Source: Vicugna vicugna
Taxonomy: Eukaryota
Assembly (NCBI GenBank): GCA_013265495.1
Contig: MU058213.1
Coordinates: forward strand, 3,596,001 to 3,660,000
Length of the DNA stretch: 64,000 nucleotides
Direction of reading: 5' to 3'
The position numbers and the translations under genes are program-made. The notes beneath the pieces were generated by a model. The model did no database searches and was not told the origin of the DNA. It saw nothing but the letters and a program-made list of their open reading frames with translations. Shown in pieces: positions 25,205-38,578 of this stretch (position 1 is its first letter; each line of letters starts with the position of its first letter).

Positions 25205-26639
25205 TGTGGTCGATTCTCTTGAGTATTTTCATTCATATGAAACAAAAATTCGTTAATGGTAAGCCAAATTTTTGAAAATAGCCAAAATAACATTAACATG
25301 AGTACCTTTAATAAACAGAAAAAAATGGGGGAAATGAATTTGGGTTTATTTTTTATCTCTCAGTTTCACTACCTGCATACATGTTTCTTTGTGGAACATT
25401 CTAGTGGGTGGGAGGGCTGTAGCTCTGGGAGGAAGGGAGCCCCAGCTGGGCCCAAAGGAAGGGATGGGGAGGAGCAGAGCCTGGTTCACTGACTGGTGCC
25501 TCAGAGAGACTGGGGGCATCACTATCACTGACTGAATTCATTATAATCTCTTCATCTCTGCATTTAAGGCGATAGAGCCCTATACTACATCTCAGGTCTT
25601 ACCTCTTTGTGTTCCAAGAACACGTTTTCAAGCTTTTTTGCCTCTGGGCTTGTTTATCCAACGCTCTCCACCTCAGGCAGTTGAAATGTTACTTGAACTT
25701 CAAAACTCAAATGCTACCTCATCCAAAAGTCTTCTGCTAACATTTTGGAGTTTTCTTTCTTTAGAGTGTCCGTAGAATTTTTGTCTGTATTTTGACATTT
25801 ATATTCTGCTTTGAAACACAGATTCTTGAGTTCTTGTCTTACGCACATCAGACAACTAGGACATTGAGAGCACCAACTGCATCTTATTTTTGATCATCTG
25901 GAGTTGCCTAACATTCAGCTTGGCACAAATTAGGCACTGGAGAGGTCTGTCTTGTGTTGGTGAGAAGATGAGTTCTCCATCTAGTGGTAGAACTGAAAAA
26001 TTGCATGCAACTTTTGCCTTCAACAACTATGTTATTAACAAAAGACTGCCTCATTGATACTACAGAATGCTTGAACTTTTGTCTCTATTGAGAAGTCTAC
26101 TGCTACTTCTTAATCAGACATGGAGCTCCTTTATAGCATTTTTGATCGAAATAGTTCAAGAAATTTCTCTAGATGATAAAAGATGCTATAAAAAATCAAT
26201 AGATTCCTTTAATTGGGTAAGTTTCCTTTATCAGGCTTAGACAAGTGTTACCGCTGCTTTCTGACCCATGACATAAATATCTTGGAATAAATGGAGATAT
26301 TCTCCGAACTCTTCTAGTTTATCAAACCCATATTTGTAGAATTTGTGACCTAAAGGATTCTCTACAAGAGCGTTTCTCACTTATTCAAGGACAAGTCCAG
26401 AAAAGTTAAGGTTAATACTCTGAATTGTAGGTTTATACAGAGCATGATTTCTGGTAGAAGAGGACCTACCCAATGATCTAGAGGTCTTACCTGACAGAAT
26501 TTCGAGTCAATTGCTGCTTTTATATTCCACTTTCTTCTTACTCTCTTTCTCAAGGTTTAAAAGGATTTCAGGGGGAGAACAGAATCCCCCCCGAAATGGG
26601 GTCCATGTGGGGTGATCTCAAGACCTGAGGAAAAGTCTG
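25205..26639 (+). pseudogene. Four exon remnants (25205-25258, 25985-26216, 26318-26410, 26555-26639)
   Basis: All AG/GT bounded (gtaagc, gtaagt, gttaat, gtaact). Peptides TFAFNNYVI/KDCLIDTTE, DMELLYSIFDRNSS/ISLDD, KDAIKNQ*IPLIG|LSNPYL*NL*PKGFSTRAFLTYSRTSPEKLR|FKRISGGEQNPPRNGVHVG*SQDLRKSL. Confidence 0.75.
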
Positions 26640-26889
26640 GTAACTCATAAAACAGTTTGGAGACTCTATTTTAGTGTTTGGTATCATTCTTCTAAAACTG
26701 GCTTTCTAAAAATACAGAAAAAGAGAAGTTAAGGTGGTTTTGACATTAAGGCTAAAGTAAACATGATGATAAAATGCTCTCATAAGATTAATTTTTAAAT
26801 TTCATGTATTTTATTTTGTGTACAGTCATTCTAGTTCTGTTCCTAAGCATAAATATCTGGTATTTGACTAACATTTTTGTGGTACAATG

Positions 26890-27290
26890 ATAGCTTGAAA
26901 AACCTTAGCCACAATACTTTGTGGCTCTTCCCATCAATAAGATGAGACGAGAAACTACTCAGTTCTCTGCTGCTTCCCCATCTCTTAAATCTGGGCTGAC
27001 TGTCTGACCTGCTTTGACCAACAGAATGTGGTGGAAGCGACACTGTGCAAGTTCTTAAAGACTCACCACAAGGAGCTTTGCAGCTCCTGTTTTGTCCTTC
27101 TGGGAATGCTGCCCTGAGACCACCACGTAAGGAAACTGGTCTAGCCTCCTGAAGATGAGAGGACATACGGAGGAGAACCAAGGCGTCCCAGCCGGGAGCT
27201 AAGTCAGCTGTCAGCCCTGTGGGTAAAGCTGTCATGCACCTTCCAGCCCAGCTAACCCTCCGCTGAATGCAGCCCTATGAGTGAGCCCAG
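26890..27290 (+). mobile_element. MaLR LTR (MLT1G/H-like), 3'-truncated
   Basis: tgctttgaccaacagaatgtggtggaagcgacactgtgcaagttc...ccagcccagctaacc...gctgaatgcagcc. Confidence 0.8.
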
Positions 27291-27356
27291 AACCTCTACA
27301 TTTTGATGGGGGAAGCCCAAAGAACTTGAGCTATCTTTAGTCCATCACAGTATTTC

Positions 27357-30300
27357 TGTTGCGTTCATCTATTGCTTTGTAACTGGCTATCCCAAAACTT
27401 AGTGGTTTAAAACCACCTCTGTGCATTTACTCACAGTTCTGGAATTTCGGTTTGCTGGACTCAGCAGGATAGTTCTTCGCCTGTGGCTAGGCAGGCTTGG
27501 AATTCAAGACAGGTTTTCCCACAAGTCTGGTGTCTCACTGTGATGGCTGGAACATCAAGGGCTTGGCCACCGTGACAGTGTGATCAGATAAGATGTCTAT
27601 ATCTGGTCTTTGTCCTGTCACAGAGCTCCTGAAACTCTTGGGATTTTCTGAGTGATGTGGTGAGAGAAGGGTCTTTTGTTAATCACAGTAAGCCCCCTTC
27701 AACCGTACCTGAGTTTATGTTAATGCGATGACTGGTGGCCAACGCCCCTGGGTAGCTTCAGGAAGGGGGCTGGTCACTGGGGGAACCAATCCTGTGACTA
27801 GAGGGTTGGAACTTTCAGTCTCACCCCCCAGTCTCCATGGAGGGGAAAGAAGCTGGAGACTGAGCTAATCACCAAAGGCCAATGATTCGATCAGCCATGT
27901 CTTCATAATATGGCTAACTTATGGAGTTCAGAGAAATTCTGGGTTGGTGAACACATTCGTGTACCAGGAGGGTCCACACCCCAAATTCACAGGACAGAAG
28001 CTCCTGTGTTCAGGACTTTTCCAGACCTCAGCTCACGTACCTCTTCCTTTGGCTATTCTCTGTATAATATCCTTCAAAATATCCTTTCTAATAGGCCAAG
28101 AGTGGTAAGTAAAGTGGTTCCCTGAGTTCTGAGCCATTACAGCAAATTCTCAAACCTGAGGAGTGGGTGGTAGGAACACCAGATTTGTAGCCAAGTTGGA
28201 CAGAAGTGTGGGTAACCTGGGGACCCACTGCTTGCGATGGACATCTGAAGGTGGGGGCAGTCTCATGGGACAGAGAGGGCCAATACTCTGGGTAAATAGT
28301 GTCAGAACTGAATTAAATGGTGGGACACCAGTTGGTGTCCATGGAGAACTGGAGAACTGCTTGTTGTGGAAAATCTACACATTTGGTGTCAGAAGTGCAG
28401 TGAGTAGAGAAAGTTTTCTTTTAGCCAGGCATCTTCCAGCTCTCCACCTAGGTGGCTGAATCTCTTCCCATGTGGCTCGGGCCCCCAAGAGGACAAAACT
28501 GGAAAGTGCACAGTCTTGTAAGACCTGGCACGGTATCACGTCTGTGGCATTCTACTTGCCAAAACAAGCCGCAGAGCCAGCCCAGATTCAAGGGGAGGAG
28601 AAATAGACTCCATGCCTCCATGCAGGGACAGAAATGATTTTGTGGCTATCTTCAATCTACTGCGGTGCATCCTCTGGCCATAAATTATTTGCATTTCTCC
28701 CTTGCGCAAAACACATTCATCTCTTCCAGTACCTCCCAAGTCTCATCCAGTGTGGCAGCAGCTCAGTGTTCTGAGTTTCATCCTTTGGATCAGGTCGGGA
28801 TGTGGATGAGGATGCTTGGGTGTGGCTTTTCTCAATCTGGAAACCTGTGAATCAAAAATTCAAGTTATCTGCCACCATCAACGCCACCTCCCCTACCCCA
28901 CATGCAGTGGTGAGAGAGGGATAAGATAACAGCATTAGATGCTCCCATTTTGGGGGAGGGGGCATTGAAGGCACAAAGCAGGCACGCACGGGTCTTCAGC
29001 AGTTCTGAAGTCCAGCTGCACACGTGTGGCCAGTGTCCTTGGCTCCAGATGCAGGGACTGTTTATGCTCCCTCCCCCCACCACACCTCACCAAGTTGCCA
29101 TCAGTTTACCTTATTCTTTTCTTTCCATTTCAAATGATCTTGCTTATGAATTTCCTAATGTGTTCACTTCTTTCCTTAATCCACTGTTCTTGGCTGCTGG
29201 CTCTGTCCTCTGAGACCTTTTTTCTTTTCAATGAGAAATGGTTCATCTTTGAAGCTGAGTAATTTCTCAGTCTGCTTCTTGCTCATGGGAAGGTGAGGGC
29301 GCAGAGGTCTCTACATTTTGAGTTGTCTTTGTTCCTTTAGTCTAAGTGTGTACAATTCCTTTAAAAATGCTGTGGATGTTCTGAACATTAAGTTATAACG
29401 TACTCCGTTAGACAAAAGTCACACTCTGGTCCACACATCTCTTGGATATGGGCAGGCCCTCTCCACCCTGAGCTGTGAGATCTTAAAATAGGTCTTACAG
29501 CCACACCCTTACTTCGGTCTTGACTAAGGTCACATTTTGTTGGCAGCAACCTGAGGCCATTTATTACTTTGAGAACCCTTGGGGGCAGGAGAGTCTGGGA
29601 TAGAGAAAGAGTTTTATTTTCCAACCCATCAAGCCCAAGGTAGCAAATATTTTCTCTAAATTCTGCCTGAAAATCGAACTGCTCATTCATCTCTCCTTCC
29701 CACATTTTATCATGGGCAGCTACAAGAAGCAAATTAGCCCCTTTGGCATTCCACTTGGAAATTTCTTTTGGCCAGGTCCACAAGTTCGTTAAGCACATTT
29801 TCTGTCTCACATGTTACCGTAATCATCAGCTTCACCTATTTTCCCCCTACTTTACGACACAGATAAGCATCTTTCCAGCCTTCAGTTTCCTCGCTGCCTT
29901 TGCCATCCTTCCAGCCTTCCACCACGGCTCAGTCTCTAAATCATCTGTTTCAGGTTTCTGCTACGGGAGCACCCCACCTCCACGTACAACCTTCTGCTTC
30001 AGTTTTCTATTGCCTTGTAATTAACCACCTCTATAATGACTAAAAACAGTGATTTATTGTTTCTCATGATTTTGTGAGTTCACTGTAGTAATGTGACTAC
30101 ATTCATTTAGGAGCTTGCTGGGGCTGCTATGTCCAAGGTGAGCCCTCGTCCTCCGGAAGCTGCCTCCATACGAACTCCCATCACATGCTAGTCTAGCCTG
30201 AGCCACTTTTCAGCATGGTGGCTAGCCTCCAGAGAGAGCGTTCCAAGGGGACAAGCCCCAGTGTGCAAGTACTTATCAAGCCTCCTTCCATCACGCTTGT

Positions 30301-30410
30301 CCCACTGGCCAGAGCAAGGCACACGGTAAAGTCCAGAGTCAACGTGGGAGGGGAGGCCAAGGCAATGAATACTGGACGGGATGGTTTACTGGGGGTCATG
30401 GTCTACCGCA
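27357..30410 (-). mobile_element. MaLR provirus remnant: LTR (27357-28663, split by MER21), MLT1-int (28664-29994), LTR (29995-30410)
   Basis: MLT1 LTR motifs at both ends. The internal part starts on the minus strand with gaaggttgtacgtggaggtggggtgctcccgtagcagaaacc. ORF 29388-29810 KEISKWNAKGANLLLVAAHDKMWE resembles the MaLR internal ORF. Confidence 0.8.
27572..28425 (+). mobile_element. MER21-like LTR nested in the MLT1 LTR
   Basis: cacagagctcctgaaactcttgg...gtacctgagtttatgttaatg...agagggttggaactttcag...cacatttggtgtcagaagtg. Confidence 0.85.
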
Positions 30411-30584
30411 CTCTCCAACTTCATGTCTTACCAGTTTCTCCCTTTTTCCCTATGCTGTATTTACACTGTGTTCCTTGCTGTTACTGACATGGAAATCTCT
30501 TCCTTGCCTCAATCGTTGCTTTTGATTTTCTCTACCTGGATCACTCTATCACCAGTCCTCAAATGTCTGTTCTTTTATAGTCTT

Positions 30585-30860
30585 TAGGTATCAGTCAAAA
30601 TGTCACACTTCCCCTCCCCCCACCCCACCAAGTTACTATCACATTACCTGTTCCTTTCTTTCTTGATGTTTGAAATAACCTTGTTTATGAATTTTCTAAC
30701 TTGTTTGCTATTTTCCTCCCCCTACCAAAATATAGTCCCAGGGGGTCTTGTCTGCTTTGTCTGCAGCTGTATTCCCAGCACTTCACATGGGTCGAGCCCA
30801 AACTAAGTGCTTAATAAATGTTTCTGAATGTATGATGAACAAACAGATAAATGAATGAAG
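30585..30860 (+). mobile_element. L2 3' end
   Basis: gctgtattcccagcac...aagtgcttaataaatgtttctgaatg...aatgaatgaa. Confidence 0.75.
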
Positions 30861-31029
30861 TAATTAAATCTTAGTGTAAAGGAATTTGTAAGTAAATATG
30901 TTTATTTTGTATAGAAGCTGAATCAAAGTTTTAAACCATCATTGACTACTAAAAATCAGGAGTGACCCAGAAAAGTCTTTTTGAGAAAGGTGCTTAACAG
31001 TAGTTACAGCTCGCTGAAATATTTATAAT

Positions 31030-31215
31030 AAGTGAAATATTTGAGATTTGCTTCAAAATGATCTGGAGAACATGGAGAAATGAGTTGGGGGTACAGATAA
31101 AATGAGACTGTGAATTGACGCTTATTTAAGTTGGGTTAAGGGTACATGAGGGTTCATTATACTGTTCTCTTAACTCACATATTTATTTGAAATTTCCATT
31201 ATAAAAAGTTTTAAA
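31030..31215 (+). mobile_element. Old L1M 3' end fragment
   Basis: gagatttgcttcaaaat...gggtacatgagggttcattatactgttctct...gaaatttccattataaaaagttt. Confidence 0.7.
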
Positions 31216-31430
31216 ATTATATGTAGATTACTAAGGGACTGAAGAGCATTAGAAAGTGTGGAAAATATTCACAACTATGAACTAATTTATTAATATTCCC
31301 ACTTTTCCTACATTTTTTAGAAAGAGTTATGATGGAAGGGATTCTAAAGATCATCCAGGAATGTCATTGGCTAGATGATCCGAGGGTTATTTAGATATTG
31401 CATTTAACCTATCATGGACCTTATTTTAAG

Positions 31431-33205
31431 ATATTCCAGGAATTTTGCATGCAGAACAGGTTTCTGGAAAGCAAGGCATTTCCCCATTGATTTCCATTCA
31501 GTTTTGAAGACATGCTCTCATACCTCCCGTTGACTTCTCTGTCTGCTAACTACAGCTCAAGGCAGGAGGTGGGAAGTGCCACATTCATGTAAGCGCTGGC
31601 ATTTTGCCTTGATCTGGGGCTCAGTCAGGTATCCGATGCAACAAATTTTTCTGTTCCCTGCCTGGAACAAGAAGTCAGGGAGAGTAGGAGTTTGCCTCAA
31701 CAGATGCCATCCTCAAGCTGGCAGCTCTTTGCCAGGCTTAGTTATCAGTCTGGGGAGTCGCTCATCTGTTGGCAGCATTCCATTAATAAGAGACTTTTAA
31801 TTATTATGTATCTTTCATGCAAGTCTTAATTTGGGAAAATCTAGAAGAAATACGGCTTCATCCCTGGTATTAAGGAGCCTGCAGGGCCTTACAGGGCACA
31901 AGAACAAGTCTAGCCTTAAAGCATTATCTTATATTTTCCACCCAGAACTGGAAGATTATTATGTGGTTGGGGGCTGCCATACCCTGGCCATTCATTTAAG
32001 GAATCAGGACCATGGGGCCAAAATCATCCAGCACAAAGCCGACTCATGAGTGAGCGATGGAATCAATGATGTAGTTACTGGGGCAGAAGACCAGGTGGCT
32101 GGTTTCCAAGCAGAGCAGCAGGGTCTCCCACTCCTAGAGACCCCCAGATTTACCATCGCCAGGCAAATTCACTTAGGAAGACCATTCTGCTGGGCATCTC
32201 TGCCTCTGGAATAGCGATAAAGAAACACGTGTGAATTTGTTATAATGGAAGTCTCTTTGCTGGGAGATTTGTCTTCACTCACAATTCACACACACCCTAA
32301 ATTTAATGCTGTCTGATTACAAAGATGGTAGGAGAAAGGCCAAAACACAGAAATGGAGGTGTGTGAAAGCAAGAGACCTGGGGTGAGAGAGGCCTAACAG
32401 TTTGGGGTACCTTCAGCTGCAAGTAACAGTGAGCTCCAAGGGTGGGTTAATTCACCAAGTCTCACCTCCCCACACAGCTTCATGTTCTCAGGGAGACCCT
32501 GAATTTGTAGGGGAGAAAGCACTGGGCCAGGGGCCAGGTGGCCTGAGTACTGGTCTTGACTCATCAATTATCTCACCTTTCCAGACCCTGTTATCCCACC
32601 TGAACAAAGAGGGAAGGGTCCAACTTCTCTGAGATGTCAGGATCTATAGGTCCAGGAACGCTGAGTGTTTAGCTCCCATGGGTGGGTCATGGATCATCGA
32701 CAAGTGGGAGGAGAGAGCACCTCACTTTGCAATTATGTTCAAAGCCCCAAACTGACCTTGGTCTTTTGGAATAAGTTAAATGAAGGTACCTGCCACAGTG
32801 CTCAGTGTATGTGAGTCTCCTGTTTCCTTCCTACAGCTCAAGTCCACCTTCCACATGTAGGGCCATCTCACCCAGAAAAGAGAGAGAAGCAGTTGTGATT
32901 TGCAAATGCAAAACAAGCCTATGTCAAGACTTCCTTTAAAAAATAGCTTATTACATTGAAATATATATATTTGCATAGCGTAATTTCACAAAGGCTATAG
33001 TAGACTCCAGTCACCAAAGTAAAAATTAAAATACAAAAATGTCATATTCTTATTGGAATTCAGTTGGATTTGAGGATGTTACCGTTTATAGACTCACACA
33101 GTAAAATAGTGGTTTAATCAAAGATTCATTTAATGCAAATATTTGGAGTCCTACCAGAAAGACCATAAGGCTATTGTCAAATCAGTTCAATTTCTGTTAT
33201 AAGCA
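31431..33205 (+). pseudogene. Four exon remnants (31431-31568, 31946-32049, 32138-32327, 33064-33205)
   Basis: All AG/GT bounded. Peptides IFQEFCMQNRFLESKAFPH*FPFSFEDMLSYLPL...; LEDYYVVGGCHTLAIHLRNQDHGAKIIQHK; ...LMLSDYKD|VGFEDVTVYRLTQ*NSGLIKDSFNANIWSPTRKTIRLLSNQFNFCYK. Including 31946-32049 needs one frameshift. Confidence 0.62.
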
Positions 33206-34197
33206 GTAAGGGCAACCATGTGCTGTGGTTGTCAAGGAAATTAACATACTTCAAAATGCAAATCCATCTTAGTCTACCCCTCCAGACCTCAAAGCAGGCA
33301 TCTTGGCTATAGACAATTTAGATCTAACATCTAGTACTCCAACTACAACGATATCCAATGTCTTTAAATAGGCAAGAGATACTACATAATAAACGTCCTA
33401 TTCATTTGTTACTTTGAAGGATGACAATTTCTTAGCTTCATACTTTGTGCCTCATTGAGAAACAATCTGAAAATCACTAGCGTCAATTCAATTAAGCAAA
33501 CAAGGATTGTGGCCTTGCTGTAGACAGGTCCCTGGGCTCCATGCTTTGAGGCATACAATGAAAGGCGCCTTTCAGGAACTTCCAGTTTAGTGGGGGATAT
33601 GGATACACACGATTGCCCATACAAGGCAGAATACTATCAGAGAGGCCCGAATTCAGTGCCACAGGGGTCTCCTTATTTTACAGGCATATTTGGCAAAGAC
33701 TTCCTCTAAGATGGCAGTAGAGGTGGTTTTGAAGGAAAGTGTGCCTCAGTTAAAAAAAAAAAATACAGACAGCCTGAGCAAGACTTAGAGGCACAGGAGC
33801 GTGCTCTATTCGGGAGACAGCAAGTGGTCCTGTTTGGCTAGACACACTCTGTAAGGTGCAGCTCAGAACGTTGCGTGGGAACCACGGTGGGCATCCATTA
33901 TGTTTTTTTTGCTTGGCTTTGATTCTCCTTCTGGAAACAGGACCTTGGTGTTCCCTTGGGAAACTATGCCTGCCCTCTTTTCAGCTCAGGAGAGTTGAAG
34001 GAACTGAATGTGCAGTGCCCTGAATACCCTCCAAGAGAGCTTGGACTCTGAGTTGTATATTTTAAATCTCTTCTTTAATAGAATGAAGAATCAGAAAAAT
34101 CTTTCTAAATGAAAAATGTTCAAGCATACATAGAAGTTAAAAAAAACCGAAATGACGAATCTTCATAAACCCATCCCATACCCAGATGAAACAATTA

Positions 34198-34585
34198 TAG
34201 GCACACCTCATTTTATTGTGCTTCACTTTATTACACTTTGGAGATAATGCAGTTTCTCTTTCTCTCTCTTTCTTTCCCTCCCTCCCTCCAGCCTTCCCTC
34301 CCTCCCTCTCTCCTGTCTTTTTTACAAATTGACAGTTTGTGGTAATCCTGAGCTGCCACAAGTCTATCAGCGCCATTTCCCCAACAGCATTATTTTAGAA
34401 GTAAGTTATGTACATTGTTGTTTTAGGAAAAAAATGTTATTGCACACTTAAGACTACAGTATAGTGTAAACATAACTTTTCTATGTACTGGGAAACCGAA
34501 AAGTTCACGTGACTTACTTTATTGCCATGTTCACTCTATGGTGGAGGTCTGAAACCAAACCTGCATTATTTCCAATGTACACCTG
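34198..34585 (+). mobile_element. Internally deleted Tigger1 derivative
   Basis: TA then taggcacacctcattttattgtgcttc... and the right end ttattgcacacttaagactacagtatagtgtaaacataactttt...gtacacctg. Confidence 0.88.
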
Positions 34586-34599
34586 CGCCATGATTTCAT

Positions 34600-37500
34600 C
34601 ATTCTTCCTCTATCCTCCTCTCTGTCTTTTGCCAAAGTATTTCAAAGTAAACCTTGGACATCTTGTATTTTCCCTTCTACATATTTTAGCATGCATCTCT
34701 AAAAAGTATGGACATTTTCTTACAAACAAACACCTATTGAGTCTTTGGAATTGACTACTGCTCAGTCTATAGTAAAAGCTCCCTATCTCAAAAATGTCTC
34801 TGTAAGCTGGCTTGTTTAAATCACGTTCTAAACAAGGTCCATACATAGAATGTGGTTTTTATAGCTGTTAAGTCTATTTTAACCTATAGCATCCCTCCTC
34901 ATCCCATTTTTCTTTCTTTATGCTACCGTCTTGCTGAGGAACTACGTCCGTGGTCCCTTAGAATGCTCCGTTTCTGGACGGGTCTGGTTGCTTCGCTGGG
35001 GTGTTGTTTAACTTGTCCCTCTGTTTCCTGTATTTCTTATGAATAGAACTTCCCCATGTCTGCTTGTCCCACATTTACTAATAGGAATGCTAAGACTGAC
35101 CAGTGGGTTCAGGTGGTGACAGCCTGACGCTCCAAAATTTCCTGTCCATCTACTACACATTGCTTTCATCCAGTGACGATCTTTGTTTGAATTTTCTATT
35201 TCATTAGGGGATGCAAAGTGGTGATTTTCTAATTATACCATTCTTTCCACACTTGTTATTTGGAATTTTTCGCTAAAGAAGAATTTTCCCTGTGTCAAGT
35301 AGGGCTAGTTGACATACGAAAGTCAAGTTTCCTTATAATTGTCAATTTTCAACATACTATTAAAAATAACTTTACAAACTGCAAAATATAACAAATGCAT
35401 AAAGCCACATAAAATAAGTAATACTTTAATAAATTATTGGAAGCAAACACCTTGGAAACCACTACCTAGGTAAGGAAACAGAACTTTGGCAGCCACCCCA
35501 GAAGCCATCTGTATGTCCATTTATTCTGATCTCTATGATAATCATTTCCTTGCTTTTTAAAAATATTTTATCACCCAAGTGTTCATCCCTAAACACTATA
35601 GTTAGTTTTCATCTATTTTTAAATTTAATATAAACTGTAATATGACGTTTTTAAAAAGTCCCTTTTAATCTACAAGTTCTCCATCCATCGCTTTTTCTTT
35701 CTTCCTTTTTTTTTTTTCCCTTGAAATTTATTTGTTAAAGAAACTCAACTGTTTGATCTGTTGAGTTTTCCAGACTCTGGACTTTACTGATTGTATCCCC
35801 ATGATGCAGTGTTCCCTGATCTATATACTTCCTGTAAATTGGTAATTGGGAACAGAGACTTGGTTAGATTTCAGTTCAATTTTTGGAGGCAAAACTACTT
35901 AACTGTGGGTTGTGTTCTTCTGTTTGGGGGCACATGATGTCTGTTTATTTCTCTTTGTGATGTTAGTAGCCGTCAATGCCCATTGTCGAGATCAATTCAT
36001 TAGGGATTGTAAAATGATGATATTCCAATTTTATCACTCCCTCATTTATTAGCTAGAATATTTCTGTCTAGATCAGCTCCCCCTCATCTATTATTTGATT
36101 ACCCAGTGGTACAGCCCACATAAGAAAGGCAGGGCGACTATTTGATTCTTTCCCTCTACCCAACTTTAAAAATAATAACTTAGTTGCCTATCATCCTCAA
36201 AAGGTGACCAATTAATTTTTTAGGATCATTAAAACTCATAAATTTAAACATTTTAAGATTATCAATCCACTTAAGTTATTTTCCTTACTGAGTTTAAGTT
36301 GTTCTATCTTTGGCCAGTGGCAGCCTCTTTAAGTTGGTTCCTGTGTCCTTTGAGCATGACCTCAGTAGTATTTGATAGCTTCCTTACTATTGTCGACAAG
36401 ATATTCCACAAGTTCATACTGATACTTTCAACGCAGTCAGGACTGTATTGTTTTTACTTAACATCTTCTATCTTACATCAGTATCCCCTTTCTTGTGAGA
36501 ATCCACATTCTCAGAGACCAGAGAATGATAGAATTAGATTATCACACAATTACAGTTTGCATAGTCTTACATTTTATCTACAGTCTTAGAAAAATCACCC
36601 ATTTTACCACCACCAATATTACTGAAACGGTTTAAAAAAATGTTTGCATATACTCTCTCCATTTTCTTTAGTTTTATCCACATTTTCACAGCCTATATCC
36701 AAAGCAGTCTACTCTTTAACTCTCATGTAGTATGTGTTTTGCAAGTAAATAGGTATTTGACGCTCACCACCAGTCCTTAGGTTGGTATCTCTCTGGTCAT
36801 CTGGATGTCCGAAGTTTGTTCTCCAGCCGATGCTTTAGGATATGTGAGATGAAACAATATTAAATGCCTGTGACCCCACAATGTTTCCAACAGAGGATGC
36901 CATCAAACACAGATTTTGTTTTGATTTGTTTTGGGCAAACTGATAGTTGAGGAGGGGTAACTTGGCATGGTTTTAATTTGTATTTCTCTTAGTATGAATC
37001 AGGGTAGGCATTTTTTAAATTATGCTTAAGGATCATTTCTTCTTTCTGTGAGCTGTTTGTCACATCTTTTGTCCACTTTTCTATGGGGTTGTTGGCTCTC
37101 CTCCTTTCCTCATTTTTAGGAGATTTTTCCTTATTAGGGTCATTACTCCTTTGTATGTGATAGGGGTTATAAATACCTCTTCCTACTCTGTTATTTGTTG
37201 TTTGAGTTTACTTATGGAGATTTAGGTATGTGACTCTACAATATGTTTAAAACCTTCCAGGATTCACCCTTCACACATCGCTTATTCTCAGATTTTTTGG
37301 GGGGCTATCATTGTTTATATTCTCATTGTAAGTATATATTCAATTTGTCTAGCTCTTGGAAAAAAAAGATTGACATTTTTATTGGGATCATGTTAAATTT
37401 TTCAATAAACACAGGGAGAACGGATATCTTTATGATTTTGAGTCTTCCCATCTACGAACATGGTTTTCTCATTCCATTTGCTCTGGCCTATCTTGTGTCT

Positions 37501-37660
37501 TTCAGTAAAATGTGTTTAAAATTTTTTCCCCATTTAACTTTTGCATGTTTGTTTTTAGGTGCATGCCTGAATAGTGTATCTTTTTTGTTGCTAGCGTAAA
37601 AAGAGTCTTCTTTTGCATTGTATCTTCTAGCTGGTTATTGCTGATGTATATGAAGAATAT
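34600..37660 (-). mobile_element. Block of old, fragmented L1M (L1MC/ME-like) sequence
   Basis: T-rich, with motifs such as tatacttcctgtaaattggta, ggttttaatttgtatttctctt and ggagaacggatatctttatgattttgagtcttcc. Confidence 0.7.
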
Positions 37661-37719
37661 TGATTCCTAAATATCAAAGGCTTTTGAGTTAAGGATTTTA
37701 AAGGGGTCACAGTATAAAA

Positions 37720-38340
37720 ATTATTAGAAGAATGACAGATAATTAAGTATTTCAAGTGAGCAATGAGTCCATGTACCAGAGTAGGATCAGGTGGAAAACG
37801 AAAGAACAAGGGGATAGGGACCTTGAAGGTACAGGACTTGGAAAGTAATCTGATGCTGAGGAGAGGTTGGAGGAAAGGGCACAAGAGCCCCCAGCTGGGT
37901 GACTGCAGTGATAGTAATGTTAACAGATAATAGGAAGAGGAGAGGGTTGGGGAGAAGAGAACGAATTTCAATTTTGGGTGTTTAGATTTTAAGACCGGAA
38001 GTCAGGGAGAGATTAAGTCTGAAAACTTAGACTTAGAAGTCATCTGGAAGGGCTGTGGGAAGGTTGGAAATGATGAGGGAGAGAAAGTAGAATAAGAAAA
38101 GACAATGATTGAATGTGGAAGGATTTCTGTATGTCAGTAATAGACAGAAGAAGCTGATCCCTGAAAGACTGGCGAGGAGGGGTCTGAGGTAGGAAGTGAA
38201 GCAGAATATAAAGTGATAGAAACCAAAGGAACAGTGACACAAGGTTAACCAATTATGAAAATCACCTGTGATTTTTGAGACAGCCATTTCAGAACTGCTA
38301 TGAGGGTGAGGTAAAATTGTGAAAGGTTAAGTAAAGAGAT
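37720..38340 (-). mobile_element. L2 fragment
   Basis: Purine-rich L2-like segments (ggaaagtaatctgatg, aatttcaattttggg, ctgtgatttttgagacagccatttcag). Confidence 0.55.
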
Positions 38341-38578
38341 CTTACTGACTGGGGGTGAATCTGCATAGGACATTTAAACTCTTGTGTCTTTCAAACATCT
38401 GAAATCTAAATACAAGGTCCCATGATTTAAATAATCTACGTAGGTATCGGTTAAACAAACATGCTCAGGTGACAGTGACTTGGCTTAAAATTTATTAAGT
38501 TATTTCTTATGGCCACATAACCTAATTCAAAGTTCACCCCTTTGCCTGAATATACATTCTTACTTTACCTCCTGACAG

